This document shows positions 21,523-31,593 of a stretch of 37,925 nucleotides of DNA, in pieces; position 1 is the stretch's first letter, and each line of letters opens with the position of its first letter. The stretch covers positions 1 through 37,925 of the forward strand of contig KE561025.1 of assembly GCA_000442015.1 (NCBI GenBank). Direction: 5' to 3'. The notes below the pieces were generated by a model, which searched no databases, had not been told where the DNA came from, and saw only the letters and a program-made list of their open reading frames with translations. The DNA comes from Rozella allomycis CSF55. Taxonomy: Eukaryota. A program made the translations under genes and the position numbers.

Positions 21523-23619
21523 ATGAATTTCTTTGCACAACTTGCCAGCCAATTTACATCGCCATCAAAGACTATACAGCCGACTAATACCACTGTAGTA
21601 TTAAGCAAATTTCATAGAATATGGGATTTTATTTATAAATCGCTGTCGGTTGAATTAAGAAACAAAAACAATGTGATTCTTCACCACACCGATATACCTG
21701 CAAATTTTAGGGCTATTGTGGATATTTTGGTAGAGGAAGAAGCTAGAACAGATGTAGGGTCGACAGGGATTTGTATGGAATACCTTTTGAAGAATAATAT
21801 TCTGCAGCAACTTTTTGACATGTCTGAAAGAGATGTTCCAGAAGGAGTTTTAGGAGAAACAGTTAGATTGTTTACATCATTGATTGAAAATCTAAATGAT
21901 AAATTTTTGGTTCATTTGAATATTCATAGACCTACATTGCAATTGTTAAGCAAATGTGTTGAAGATCAAAAAATATCAATGAGATATGAAGATGAACTTG
22001 TAGAGCTTGTATTTTCAATATGTAATCGAATTCATTCATTTCCAGAACTTTTAACAATATTTTATAACGATTTGGATAGGAGAAGTAAATCGCAATCTAT
22101 TGAAAATTTAAATTCTAATAATTCAATGTATGGCGAGAATGAGTTTTTGCTTTTTTCATATTTGATGAGATTTATTTCTTCCGATGGTAAAAATGGTGAT
22201 TATGCACGAACGGGGATTCTTTTAATTTTGTCATTAAAAGTTTCTTCTGTGCAGAAATTTGTGATTAATTGCAGCGATTTATGTTCTCAAGTTAGTTTTC
22301 ATTTGCATGGACTTTTTGCTCAGCTCCCTAAAACAATTGACTATGAAATTGATTTATCAATGGAAGGATCAAGATTGAATTTAAATGATGAAGAAAGTTT
22401 CACGCAATTAGAAAAATCTGACAAAAATCTTTTGCTTTCTTTTTTAAATTTGTTGGATTTTGCTCAAAATATTTTAATTAAATCAAAATCATCTTTAATT
22501 TCTGAATTGTTGTGCGAATCAATTTCAGAAAACTTTTTAGAGAAAAATATGACGCCTTCATTTTTGCATTCCTCAGATTCAGATGGAACTTATTTATTAA
22601 TGGTTTATTATTCATTTCATATTGTTAAATTTGTTCATGAGGATAGTTTGTCTGAATTGTTCATCAACTATTTTCTTAAACGCGGGCCAGATTATTCTTC
22701 AAAAGGATGGTCAAAAATTGAATCTACTGATCTAAAAACTGTTGGGCTTCAACCTTTCTTCATCTCTAAACTGCAGAGTTCTACTGATATTGCAATTATT
22801 ACTCTCAAATTCTTATCTACCATGATCAAACTTCATTCTCCCTACGCACTCCCATTATTAATAAATGGATTAGTCGAGAACAAGGATGTTGTCAACGGTA
22901 CACCATTTTTATACCCAAGGTCATTCCATTTTTCTGTTTGTAAAGCCCTTGCAAACTTGCTAAATCCTGAAACTTTAGAAATGGGATATGATTCTCATGT
23001 CAGTGAAGCAAATTCTTCTATCGCTTTTCATTTGCAAAGAATAGCCCAAAAAGAAATTTCAGACACAAACACGCTGCCAAGCCAGGGTATATCATTCCTT
23101 CATCATCATCTTTCTTTCAGCAGAGAACTATCAAAAGAAGATTTAAAGTCTAGGTATGACATGTTAAAAAGAAGTAGTTGCACTCTCAATTCCTCGCCCT
23201 TTATAAATTCTATCCTCGATCAATTCAGCAAATTTTGGATGAAAAGCTCACAATTTAATACAGCACTAATTGATTTAATCGTAGAGCTTATATCTTGCCC
23301 TGAACCTTTGGTGTACATCGCTCTAATTGCTGGTTTTGAACAACATCAAAAATGCTTAATCCAGATTTTAAATACTTTGTTCAAAAGTCAATTGCCTCCT
23401 TTAGTAAATGGAGATAAAATATATGCTAAAAGTATTCAGGATTTATCTGCCGCCATCAAAGAACTCTACATAACAGGTATATTTCCAAGCGAAGAGGAGT
23501 TGTCAAAATACTCGCCATTGGCCAGAAATGTTATATTACTAGAAGAATTTGTTAAAAGACTTTTTGCTACTTTTGAAGCTCACGGCTTAGGATTCTACTG
23601 CTTGCCCTTTTACGACTAG
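21523..23619 (+). CDS. FHIP/FAM160 (RAI16-like, FTS-Hook-interacting) protein
   Basis: IVDILVEEE...GICMEYLLKNNIL, LCxRI...PELL.IF, FLLFSYL, GDYARTGIL and C-terminal NVILLEEFVK.L.A motifs. Confidence 0.85.
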   Translation: MNFFAQLASQFTSPSKTIQPTNTTVVLSKFHRIWDFIYKSLSVELRNKNNVILHHTDIPANFRAIVDILVEEEARTDVGSTGICMEYLLKNNILQQLFDMSERDVPEGVLGETVRLFTSLIENLNDKFLVHLNIHRPTLQLLSKCVEDQKISMRYEDELVELVFSICNRIHSFPELLTIFYNDLDRRSKSQSIENLNSNNSMYGENEFLLFSYLMRFISSDGKNGDYARTGILLILSLKVSSVQKFVINCSDLCSQVSFHLHGLFAQLPKTIDYEIDLSMEGSRLNLNDEESFTQLEKSDKNLLLSFLNLLDFAQNILIKSKSSLISELLCESISENFLEKNMTPSFLHSSDSDGTYLLMVYYSFHIVKFVHEDSLSELFINYFLKRGPDYSSKGWSKIESTDLKTVGLQPFFISKLQSSTDIAIITLKFLSTMIKLHSPYALPLLINGLVENKDVVNGTPFLYPRSFHFSVCKALANLLNPETLEMGYDSHVSEANSSIAFHLQRIAQKEISDTNTLPSQGISFLHHHLSFSRELSKEDLKSRYDMLKRSSCTLNSSPFINSILDQFSKFWMKSSQFNTALIDLIVELISCPEPLVYIALIAGFEQHQKCLIQILNTLFKSQLPPLVNGDKIYAKSIQDLSAAIKELYITGIFPSEEELSKYSPLARNVILLEEFVKRLFATFEAHGLGFYCLPFYD

Positions 23620-23647
23620 TATAAATTGCATTAGAATATTTTATTAA

Positions 23648-24041
23648 TCAATTTGCTTCTTCAATCTTCTTTATCAATTTTTTATTCTTCGATCTCATTA
23701 ATTTTTTTAATTTATTGGGGTTTTTAATCTATCCAACTAGCAAAAATATATTACCACTTGATACACTGCGGACTTTTGAGCATTCGCTAATCGCCTTTCT
23801 TCACGCTCTTTCTTCTCTTGTAATATCCTTTGTTTTTCTTCTTCTTTTTCTTGCTTCTTAAGAGCTTCCAATGCCTTCATCTGTTTTAATCTCTGCTTTT
23901 CCTCCATTCTTTTTTCATACGCCGACAAGCCAGCACCAACTTTTTTATTATTACGCACAATTCTTTCAGTTCTATATTTTATTTATCAACTATTTACATC
24001 GGGGTTAAATCTTTCCACTTTCTTATTTTTCTGCTCGGCAT
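23648..24041 (-). CDS. CGR1: Cgr1/CCDC86-family rRNA-processing coiled-coil protein (3 exons)
   Basis: MPS..RKWK start, YEKRME..K..K.LE and RRLANAQKSAVYQVIKNPNKLKKL. Two 26-nt introns. Confidence 0.85.
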
Positions 24042-24065
24042 TTTCAAAATTTATGTTCAGCCACC

Positions 24066-24503
24066 ATGGAAAACGAACATTCTCATTTTCAAACTATAAC
24101 CCAGCATTTTCATGAAAATAATATACCTTCACTAGCTTCATATTATTGCTCAGTGTTCAGATCCAGAAACCCAGAAACAGATCTGACTGATATTTGTCAG
24201 TCGTGCTCATCTGTATTTGTCCCAAACCAAAACTGTAAATTCACAATAGAAAGAAAAATAAGAAAAAATGCCATGGTAGTCCTGAAAGAAAGAAAAGTGA
24301 AGAATTGGTGTACATATCTTTGCAACATTTGCAATAAAGCAACTCAAACACCTGCCTGGTATCCTCAAAGGCAGAAAAAGGAAGCAACAAAGAATGAAAA
24401 AGTCAAAAAGAAAAAGAAAAAGAAAAGCATTTTTGATACCGTTGAACAAAAACAGAAAGCAACTTCTCATTTGTCGCTACAGGATTTTTTGACTTCACTA
24501 TAG
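24066..24503 (+). CDS. Rpr2/Rpp21/Snm1-like zinc-binding RNase P/MRP subunit
   Basis: CQSC..VFVP..NC and CNIC pairs, Lys-rich tail and terminal LQDFLTSL. Confidence 0.75.
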   Translation: MENEHSHFQTITQHFHENNIPSLASYYCSVFRSRNPETDLTDICQSCSSVFVPNQNCKFTIERKIRKNAMVVLKERKVKNWCTYLCNICNKATQTPAWYPQRQKKEATKNEKVKKKKKKKSIFDTVEQKQKATSHLSLQDFLTSL

Positions 24504-24544
24504 ACGAGGCATGTATATTAAGAACAAATTATAAAAAGTTTATG

Positions 24545-25720
24545 TTAAACCATTTTCTTTAGTTTTCTTTGGGTCTGGGATATTTTCAAGCCAGTTTTAT
24601 CCACGCCAATTTCCAAATTAGACAGCATTTTGTTTTGAATATCTTTTATCAAACAATTAAATTACTTACCTAATTCTTGGCCAATGCTTGATCCGATTTC
24701 CTTTTGTTTTTGAACGATACTGAGCAATTGGTCCAGGTTTTCATCTTGTTTAACCATCATTTGTCTTTGTAATTGAACTAGCCCGCTGTCATCGTAATTT
24801 TTTGTTTCATTGGTTTCCTGCGCAACTCCAAATACTCTTCTCGGACTTGCACTAGTGGCTGAAAAGGCAACTTTTGACTGGATTCCATCAAATGTCGGTG
24901 GAATAGGTTTGGTATGAAGTACAATTTTTCCAAGCTTTTCTATTTCATAATTTAACTCGTGAAGTTTGTCTTGTCTTCTAGATAGTTCATCTTTTGTTCT
25001 AGTAAAGGTTTCTTCGTAATGTTACATGTTTGCATCGGTAGAGTCAAGACTTTTCTTCAATTGATCAACTTTCACTGTTACTTCAGTGAATAGTGATTTG
25101 GCCTGAGATGTTAATGCGTACGCTTCAGACACATTTTCTCCAATTTTATCTCTCTCTGGAATATTAAAATCGACAATGGGTTACTAAAAAGAAGTTGTCG
25201 GATATCCACTATACTTCTCTCTAATTTTCTGAATTCAGTGATCCAGTTTCCATGAGAAATCGAAGAGTTTAGTTCTATCTTGACAATTAATAAGATTCAT
25301 TACGAATACCCTATGATCTGGAATGTTGAAGAATTCTTTCACAATTCTATTAAACCAAAAATCTTCGTGAAAAGGCCCGTAGGTTTTTAAAAGGCCATCA
25401 CAATATGCTTCTAATTTGACCCTTCGCTCCATCAATGTTTGAGTTGATGGCTTCAACAAAGTTTTTCGTGGAAGCTCTCTAGGTATATGATACCCCATCT
25501 CTTTTATCTGTGAAATTTGAAGATAATGTGTACTTGAGAATCAAACGTAACAAAATCACTGAATCGACGTAATACCACCCAGTTTCGCAAGCTTGAGGAA
25601 ATGTTGATTTCAAATGCCTAAAAATCACTTAATTATTGTACTTACAGTGTATGTTTTCTCATTTTCATGAATCTCTTGATATTTGGGTATGATTATCGAC
25701 TCCACTATCGGTTGCCGCAT
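24545..25720 (-). CDS. VAM7: Vam7-like PX-domain Qc-SNARE (7 exons)
   Basis: PX domain (VLRRFSDF, LPRK, MERRVKLEAY), RRVFG..QET and a SNARE motif (QDENLDQL...QKEIG..IGQEL..QN). No transmembrane segment. Confidence 0.9.
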
Positions 25721-25746
25721 TTCTTAAATTTTCGAATATCTCGATA

Positions 25747-25890
25747 ATGGATCGAGTAGTCGAAGAGAAACTAGCAGAACAAGAAAAACTAAAACAACAG
25801 ATTTTGAGAATGCAAACAAAGTATCAAAAAATGCGAACAGCTTTCGGAAAAGAAATGCGAGACAAAGTCAATGTAAATAAGGAAACATAA
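25747..25890 (+). CDS. Small coiled-coil protein, about 47 aa (may splice to an alternative 3' end)
   Basis: MDRVVEEKLAEQEKLKQQILRMQTKYQKMRTAFGKEMRDKVN.. fills the gap between VAM7 (divergent) and ARO8 (convergent). Confidence 0.5.
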   Translation: MDRVVEEKLAEQEKLKQQILRMQTKYQKMRTAFGKEMRDKVNVNKET

Positions 25891-25950
25891 CCAAAGCTAC
25901 CCTGTCTTCATCAAAATTGCAGACTAATTAACTAACAAAATTATTTATTT

Positions 25951-27427
25951 CTATGTTTTGTTGGAACTTTTAATAATTTTGCCAAGTCTCAACAAAGCTG
26001 TATCGATCTCTTCTTCCGTCGCTGTAGAAAAGGCCGCCCTTAGGAAGGGTGATTTATCGCCATGTGGCATAAATTCCTATCACTTGAGTATTAGTTTTTT
26101 ACACGACCGGGTATGAATATTACCTTTTCTTGAATAGCCTTTTCTTTGACCAAGCTCTCACTGTCGACTATTCCTAGAATTTTCATCCATATGAACATCC
26201 CTTTATGTGTTTAAAAGTTGCTTGTACCACATTTCGGTTCATTGAAACTGACTAGATTACCTAAATGCCTCCTTGATGCCTCCAGAAAGAGGTTCTTTTT
26301 GGATTCATAATATTGACTCGTTTGTTTGCAATGATCAAGAAAACCATTATGACCCCAAGTTTTAAGTAGTTTCAGCAAAATTGATTGAGATATTCCGCAA
26401 GGATGAATATTAGAGCACTATAGACAATTTTTATCTTCCTTGGTTACTTCTTCATGTAATATTATTCTGTCTATCAATGCTTTTGGCCCCGACGCAAACC
26501 CAATTCTTGCCCCGGCAGACAAAATTTTGCTGAAAGAGTCAAAACGCAGTACCCGACCTGATTGATCAAGTGAGAAATAGCTTGGTATAAGATTGTTGTA
26601 GTTATACTATTAATACAACGCCATGAATAATACTTGTAGGTAATAGTAGGGATCATCTTCTATAATCAAAAAATCATACTCCTCTGCAAGTTTTAGCACT
26701 TCCAGCCTCTGTTGTAAATTTGTGGAGCAACCAGTTGGATTTCCGCCATTGGGTACTGTATAGAGTATCTTGGGCCTTCTTTGACTCGCATCCCAATTTG
26801 ATAGTTTCTCTTTAAGTGCATTAGGACAAATACCGTTCTTGTTTGTGTGAATTTCTATATTCACATAAACTTTATTCCTTTACCAACCATTCTACAACCT
26901 ATTGGTCTCAAGACAGCGAGAGTGCCGCTATAGGTCGGAGTTTCTAACAATACCGAGTCTTCGGAGGTCAAAAACATTTCAAAAGCCTATTAAAAGTGAT
27001 TTTACATATTGCCTTTGAAACTCCATCTTGACTTCCATTTGTCACACACATAGACCAATCATCTGATTTAGGCCGATGAAGTTGATTTTGAAGTTCACGG
27101 AGCCATTCTAAAAGCTCCATGTATCCCGCCAGAAAGGAATCAAAAGAATATTTTTACCGTGTTGGAATATTGTAATGCTCTCTTTGTTTCTGTTCTGTCT
27201 AGCTTTATGGTTTCCCCACTCTTTAAACTGAAAGATATCGAATCAATTGGGAACTTATTAGGATCCGGACTCCCTCCTCCCAGAGAAATCTGCGGAAAGA
27301 ACTCTTAATCGCTTACCATGCCTGGAATAAGGAGTAATGGTTGCAGTGCACGTATTGCGGATGGTTGCCTAAGTTTGGCAACGGAGTTTAAATATTTTGA
27401 ATAGTCGATCTTTCTTGAGATCATCAT
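25951..27427 (-). CDS. Class I PLP aminotransferase, ARO8/AADAT (aromatic/2-aminoadipate/kynurenine) type (9 exons)
   Basis: RQPSAIRAL, ISLGGG.P, ALQYS, NGSQDG, YTVPNGGNPTG, IEDDPYY, RFDSFSKILSAG.RIG and GMFIW motifs. Confidence 0.95.
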
Positions 27428-27579
27428 TTTGTTTTGGTTTTAATGAACTGTTTTAGATTTTTAGCCAATTTTGTAATATAATTACAGTTTATTATATAAT
27501 GAGCAATAAATGAATACATTTAACTGAAACATTGTAGGTTTAATTGGTTATTATGACTTAATATGAACTTGATCTTGAT

Positions 27580-28323
27580 ATGTGTTACTCTATTCGACTT
27601 TTATTCAACCTTTGCCTTTTTCCTAAGCCTTTCAGGTTCGAGTATTTCTTTTTCCTTGCATTCCTCAAGCAAAATATGAAAAGCTTTGGTATTCGTACTT
27701 ACTTGAGAAATGTGGTTTTCAGAATTATCTATCTTTAAAGCCACGATGTTACACTATATTTTATCATAAAATATCATTCTTACTTTTGTTATAAAATCTC
27801 TGGTGAAGCTTTTCGTGTTTCTGGTTGGCCACATGGCGATATTTCGGAATTTCAGTGCGCTTTGCAAGAGACTCAAACATTAAAAAAGAAAGTCTTTGTA
27901 GTTTGTAGTGTCAGAACTGAGAATTATATTCACCATTTAATTATGCTCATTGATGTTTTACAAGATTTACAATGTTATGAACTGGGTAACGATGCTGGAT
28001 ATTTACAATGCATTTGATATTTAGAGATAACAGATACTTTTTGAATTTCTTCTATCGGTTACAAACTTGTAGATAAGGTAGATGACAATAAGTTCCAGTT
28101 CAGTCAACTTACACTGAGGAAAGGAACGATAAACATTAAATTCTGTAATGAAACTTGAGTTTCCTGGAGTGCCTTTGAAACTTTGGATCTCGTGTTTTTA
28201 ATTATCAGCCATTCGGAAGGAGGCGAATGGAGAAACCCGCCAGACAAGCTAATTTTAGCTTAGCTAAATCGCACATGTCATTTTTATAATGAAATTCCAG
28301 TGTCACGTTATTTATTAATTTAA
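27580..28323 (+). pseudogene. Probable decayed coding sequence of unknown family
   Basis: Frame +1 reads as protein-like for about 245 codons with only five internal stops (27736, 28015, 28042, 28156, 28261). A minus-strand spliced model could not be completed. Confidence 0.35.
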
Positions 28324-28457
28324 ACCTCAAAATAGTTTATACTTTGGCTTATTGGGAATTACCTCCATAAATTGAATAACTGAAAAAAGGGAATATACGG
28401 TATGATGTAAGATATTTAATATGCGTTTGTTATTCAGATTGCTTTGGTTTATTTATG

Positions 28458-30457
28458 TTAAATATTGAGATTAACCACGACTTTTTTCTTCTTTGGCCTA
28501 TTAAAATGACTTAAATTCTCCTCTGGCTCTGTTGCAGTAAATTTAGATGTTAGTTCTTCTACTTCATTCGACTTTGACGTTTGTTGCAAAATGTCTAAAT
28601 TGATTAAGTTGCTATTAATGTTCGCATTATATTCTGAGTTTAGATATGAAGGCATGTCGAACATATTTTCGAGACTTAGCTGTTTCTTAATTGAATAGAT
28701 GAAGAATTGGGTAACCCAGTCACATGCTCGACTAAAATTCTTTTCCAGAGAAATAAGTATCAAGCTTTGAGTTTCGGAATCAATTTTCATGGATATTTTG
28801 GAGTAGACTTTTAAAGCATACAAGACTCCCTCCGTTTTCTTGATTGCTAAGCATGAAAATATGAAATCAACGGGATCTGCTAAATTCTCGTGATTAAATG
28901 AAAGAAACGACATCATATACTCTAATATGATGAAATTTTTTTCATTGCCAGAAATAATCAATGGACTATTTCGAATAACACTTATCTAAATCAAAATTTA
29001 ATTAATGATTTATACAAAAAGATTAATGTAATATTCAATATTGGAATAATCAATCATGCTCATCACAGATGATATCTTTTCTTTGATTTCAGACCCTAAA
29101 AGCATGTCTTGTAAAGAAACCGATGAAAAATTACCTTTGATCTCTGCTAGTTTGCATAAAGTAAAAATTTTGAATTTATCGTCGTGAATAAAATCCAAAA
29201 GAGACAAAATTTGGCGTCCGATTTGATTTGTTGTCGATGGACTTTGACCGTCCAACTTTTGCATAAAATGTTCGATGATTGTTTTTGAATTTGAAGGGTT
29301 GGAAACATAATAAATTAAATCAATTGCCATTAGTTTAATTGTTTCATCTTCATGATTCGTCAATTCAATGAGCCTGTGGAAAACTTTCATTTCTGAAGAG
29401 ACCAATCCTTTGTCATGTACAAATAACAATTTAAAATTTAGCAAACCAACGTAGATAAGGTTTGTATCATGATCAGAAATGAATTGCTCCAGTTTACGAA
29501 TAGAAACCTTGATTATCTTTGGGTCTGCAATACCAATTTTGAACACTGTTGCAATACATTCCACAACTAAAGAAACTGAAGCATGGTTGCAGATTAAATT
29601 TGTCAAGGGCTCTTCCAATTTCTTTATTAATCTTGTCTCTAATTTTGATAGCTTAGTAAGCTCTATAGAATAAACCATCTTTTTACTATTTTCATAATCT
29701 TTATTAATGCCCAACTTGGAGTTTGATTATCAATCAGGAAACTGAATAAAACGGGTACCATTGTCATGAAATGACTAGGTTTAACATCAACAAGTTCGCA
29801 AATTGTGTTTATCAAATTAATAATACCTTTCAATCATCAAAAAGCAAACATTATACCATTTTTCTCCTTGACTTTCTCTTTCAATGTCGGTAAAATTTGT
29901 TCTATCAATTGTTCATCTTCTTTGATTAAATAATACAATGCAGCTATGGCTTTTTTTCTTATTGTAAATTTTGTGTGGTTGAGCAATGAACAAACTTGTG
30001 AAACTATTTCAGTTATTATGTTGCGGTCTGCCCATGAACACACAGCATTGAGGGCCAACGACACTTCATTAGCATTTCCTGCTAAATCTTTTCGCAATAA
30101 ATTAACGGCCAAAATTAATATGTTTTGATTGCCGTAGAAACTTCTTTCAGATGCTATATATCCTTGTTTCTTAATCTGAAGATTGCAATGACTCATAACT
30201 TGAATTATGTCAAATAATGCCCAATCTAAATTGTAAAATTCTATCATTCGTAACTATTAATCTGCATTGATAAACCTTACATATGCAATCTTTAGAACAG
30301 CTGTTGCTTTAGTAGAAGTGTCAGTGCTCTTCAATTCGTTTCTTATTTCTTCGAATGACTTTTCAATATAAGCCCTCTCATATTCTTTATCTTTATTTAA
30401 CCTGAGTCCCCTAATTAACTCATTTAGATCTTTTTGAAATAATGCTGAGACTTTCAT
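28458..30457 (-). CDS. APL5: AP-3 complex delta subunit, divergent and short (5 exons)
   Basis: LFQKDLNELIRGLR, IRNELKS.D...KATAVLKIAY, W.LIKI.K, LETRLIKKL.EPL and FISD.D.NL.YVGL motifs. Confidence 0.9.
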
Positions 30458-30738
30458 TTCGCAAAATTGGAAAACTGTCGTAATGAGGCTCACCATTACG
30501 GCTTTATAAATCTAAATGAATGAAATAGAAAGAAACTTAGTTAAGAATAAACGTAAGTCGTATGAGAACGGATAATTTATTTAATATCTCCGAGCCTTTT
30601 AACTCGGTTTGTTCTATTAATAGTATTTTACTCTTTTTAAGAGATCCATCAATTGTTAACATTAATGACTATTCAATTCATGTTATTTATCATTAGTTGA
30701 ACATTATTAGGCTAGTTTGGATTATGATCTCCAAAAAG

Positions 30739-30879
30739 ACTTCCAGGACCCCCCTAGGGTGAGTTTCAACATAGTTCGAGATTTTCAACAATGAACGTCA
30801 GATTTATGTTAAGGACTTCGAATGGAATCTCAGGGTATTAATTGTGACTCAGATCTGAGACAAAACTTCCAGGACCCCC
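30739..30879. repeat. Direct repeat acttccaggaccccc x2, 126 bp apart, in a long intergenic region
   Basis: Copies at 30739-30753 and 30865-30879, with weaker similarity in the flanks. Confidence 0.7.
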
Positions 30880-31593
30880 TAAGAGGTAAAGTATGACAAA
30901 AACTATGAAGAGCTACGGATTACAACATTACTATGAAAGTCATCCGCTTCATTATAGGACACCCACCAATTGTTTTAATTTAACATTCAGAATTTGTGAC
31001 TCTTGTACATAAACATGGCGGCCATTGAGATATCAATTTCAATTTTCTGCCAAATATCAGACAATTGCTTTAGCATGCATTCAGCATTGAAATAATTATA
31101 CCATGAATTATTATAAGCTATAACATATAAGAAATTTTGGAGAGCTACTCCGTGATGTGATGAATTGTTAAATGCTTATCTATCTCTTTATAAAACCTAA
31201 ATTGTTCACGATGCTTGGAAGGAAACTTTGGGCCATGGTATTGGGATGATAAATATTTGTTGTACTTAAATAGAGAATTATGAATTCTAAGAAGGTCAAG
31301 TAAAATAGGTGGGAAGCAAAATAGTTGGCTCGAAATAAAATGCTAATTACACATAATATTTTTAGATTGTTTTAAGTTTATAGTTAATTGCATGTTTTAA
31401 ATCTTAAATGGCTTCAATGAAGGATTTATAGCATTAGCCTAATGTTGAGAACACTGTACACAGGGACATGGGGGCACGGAGCAATGCTAAATTGTCTTTA
31501 GATTTGTAAAGTCTTTGTTCTCCAAGTCCATCGAGAAAAATCCGCTCGTGAGTAACAACTAATCCACGTGGCCGTGGCAACCAAAACATTGGG

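Noticed and set aside
27739-28260. Selenoprotein or UGA recoding in the frame with three TGA codons
   Set aside because: TAA and TAG also interrupt the frame, there is no redox motif around the TGAs and no SECIS was recognised. TGA is a normal stop in RAD52 and CGR1.
30739-30879. CRISPR-like repeat-spacer
   Set aside because: Only two 15-bp copies, eukaryotic context and no cas genes.
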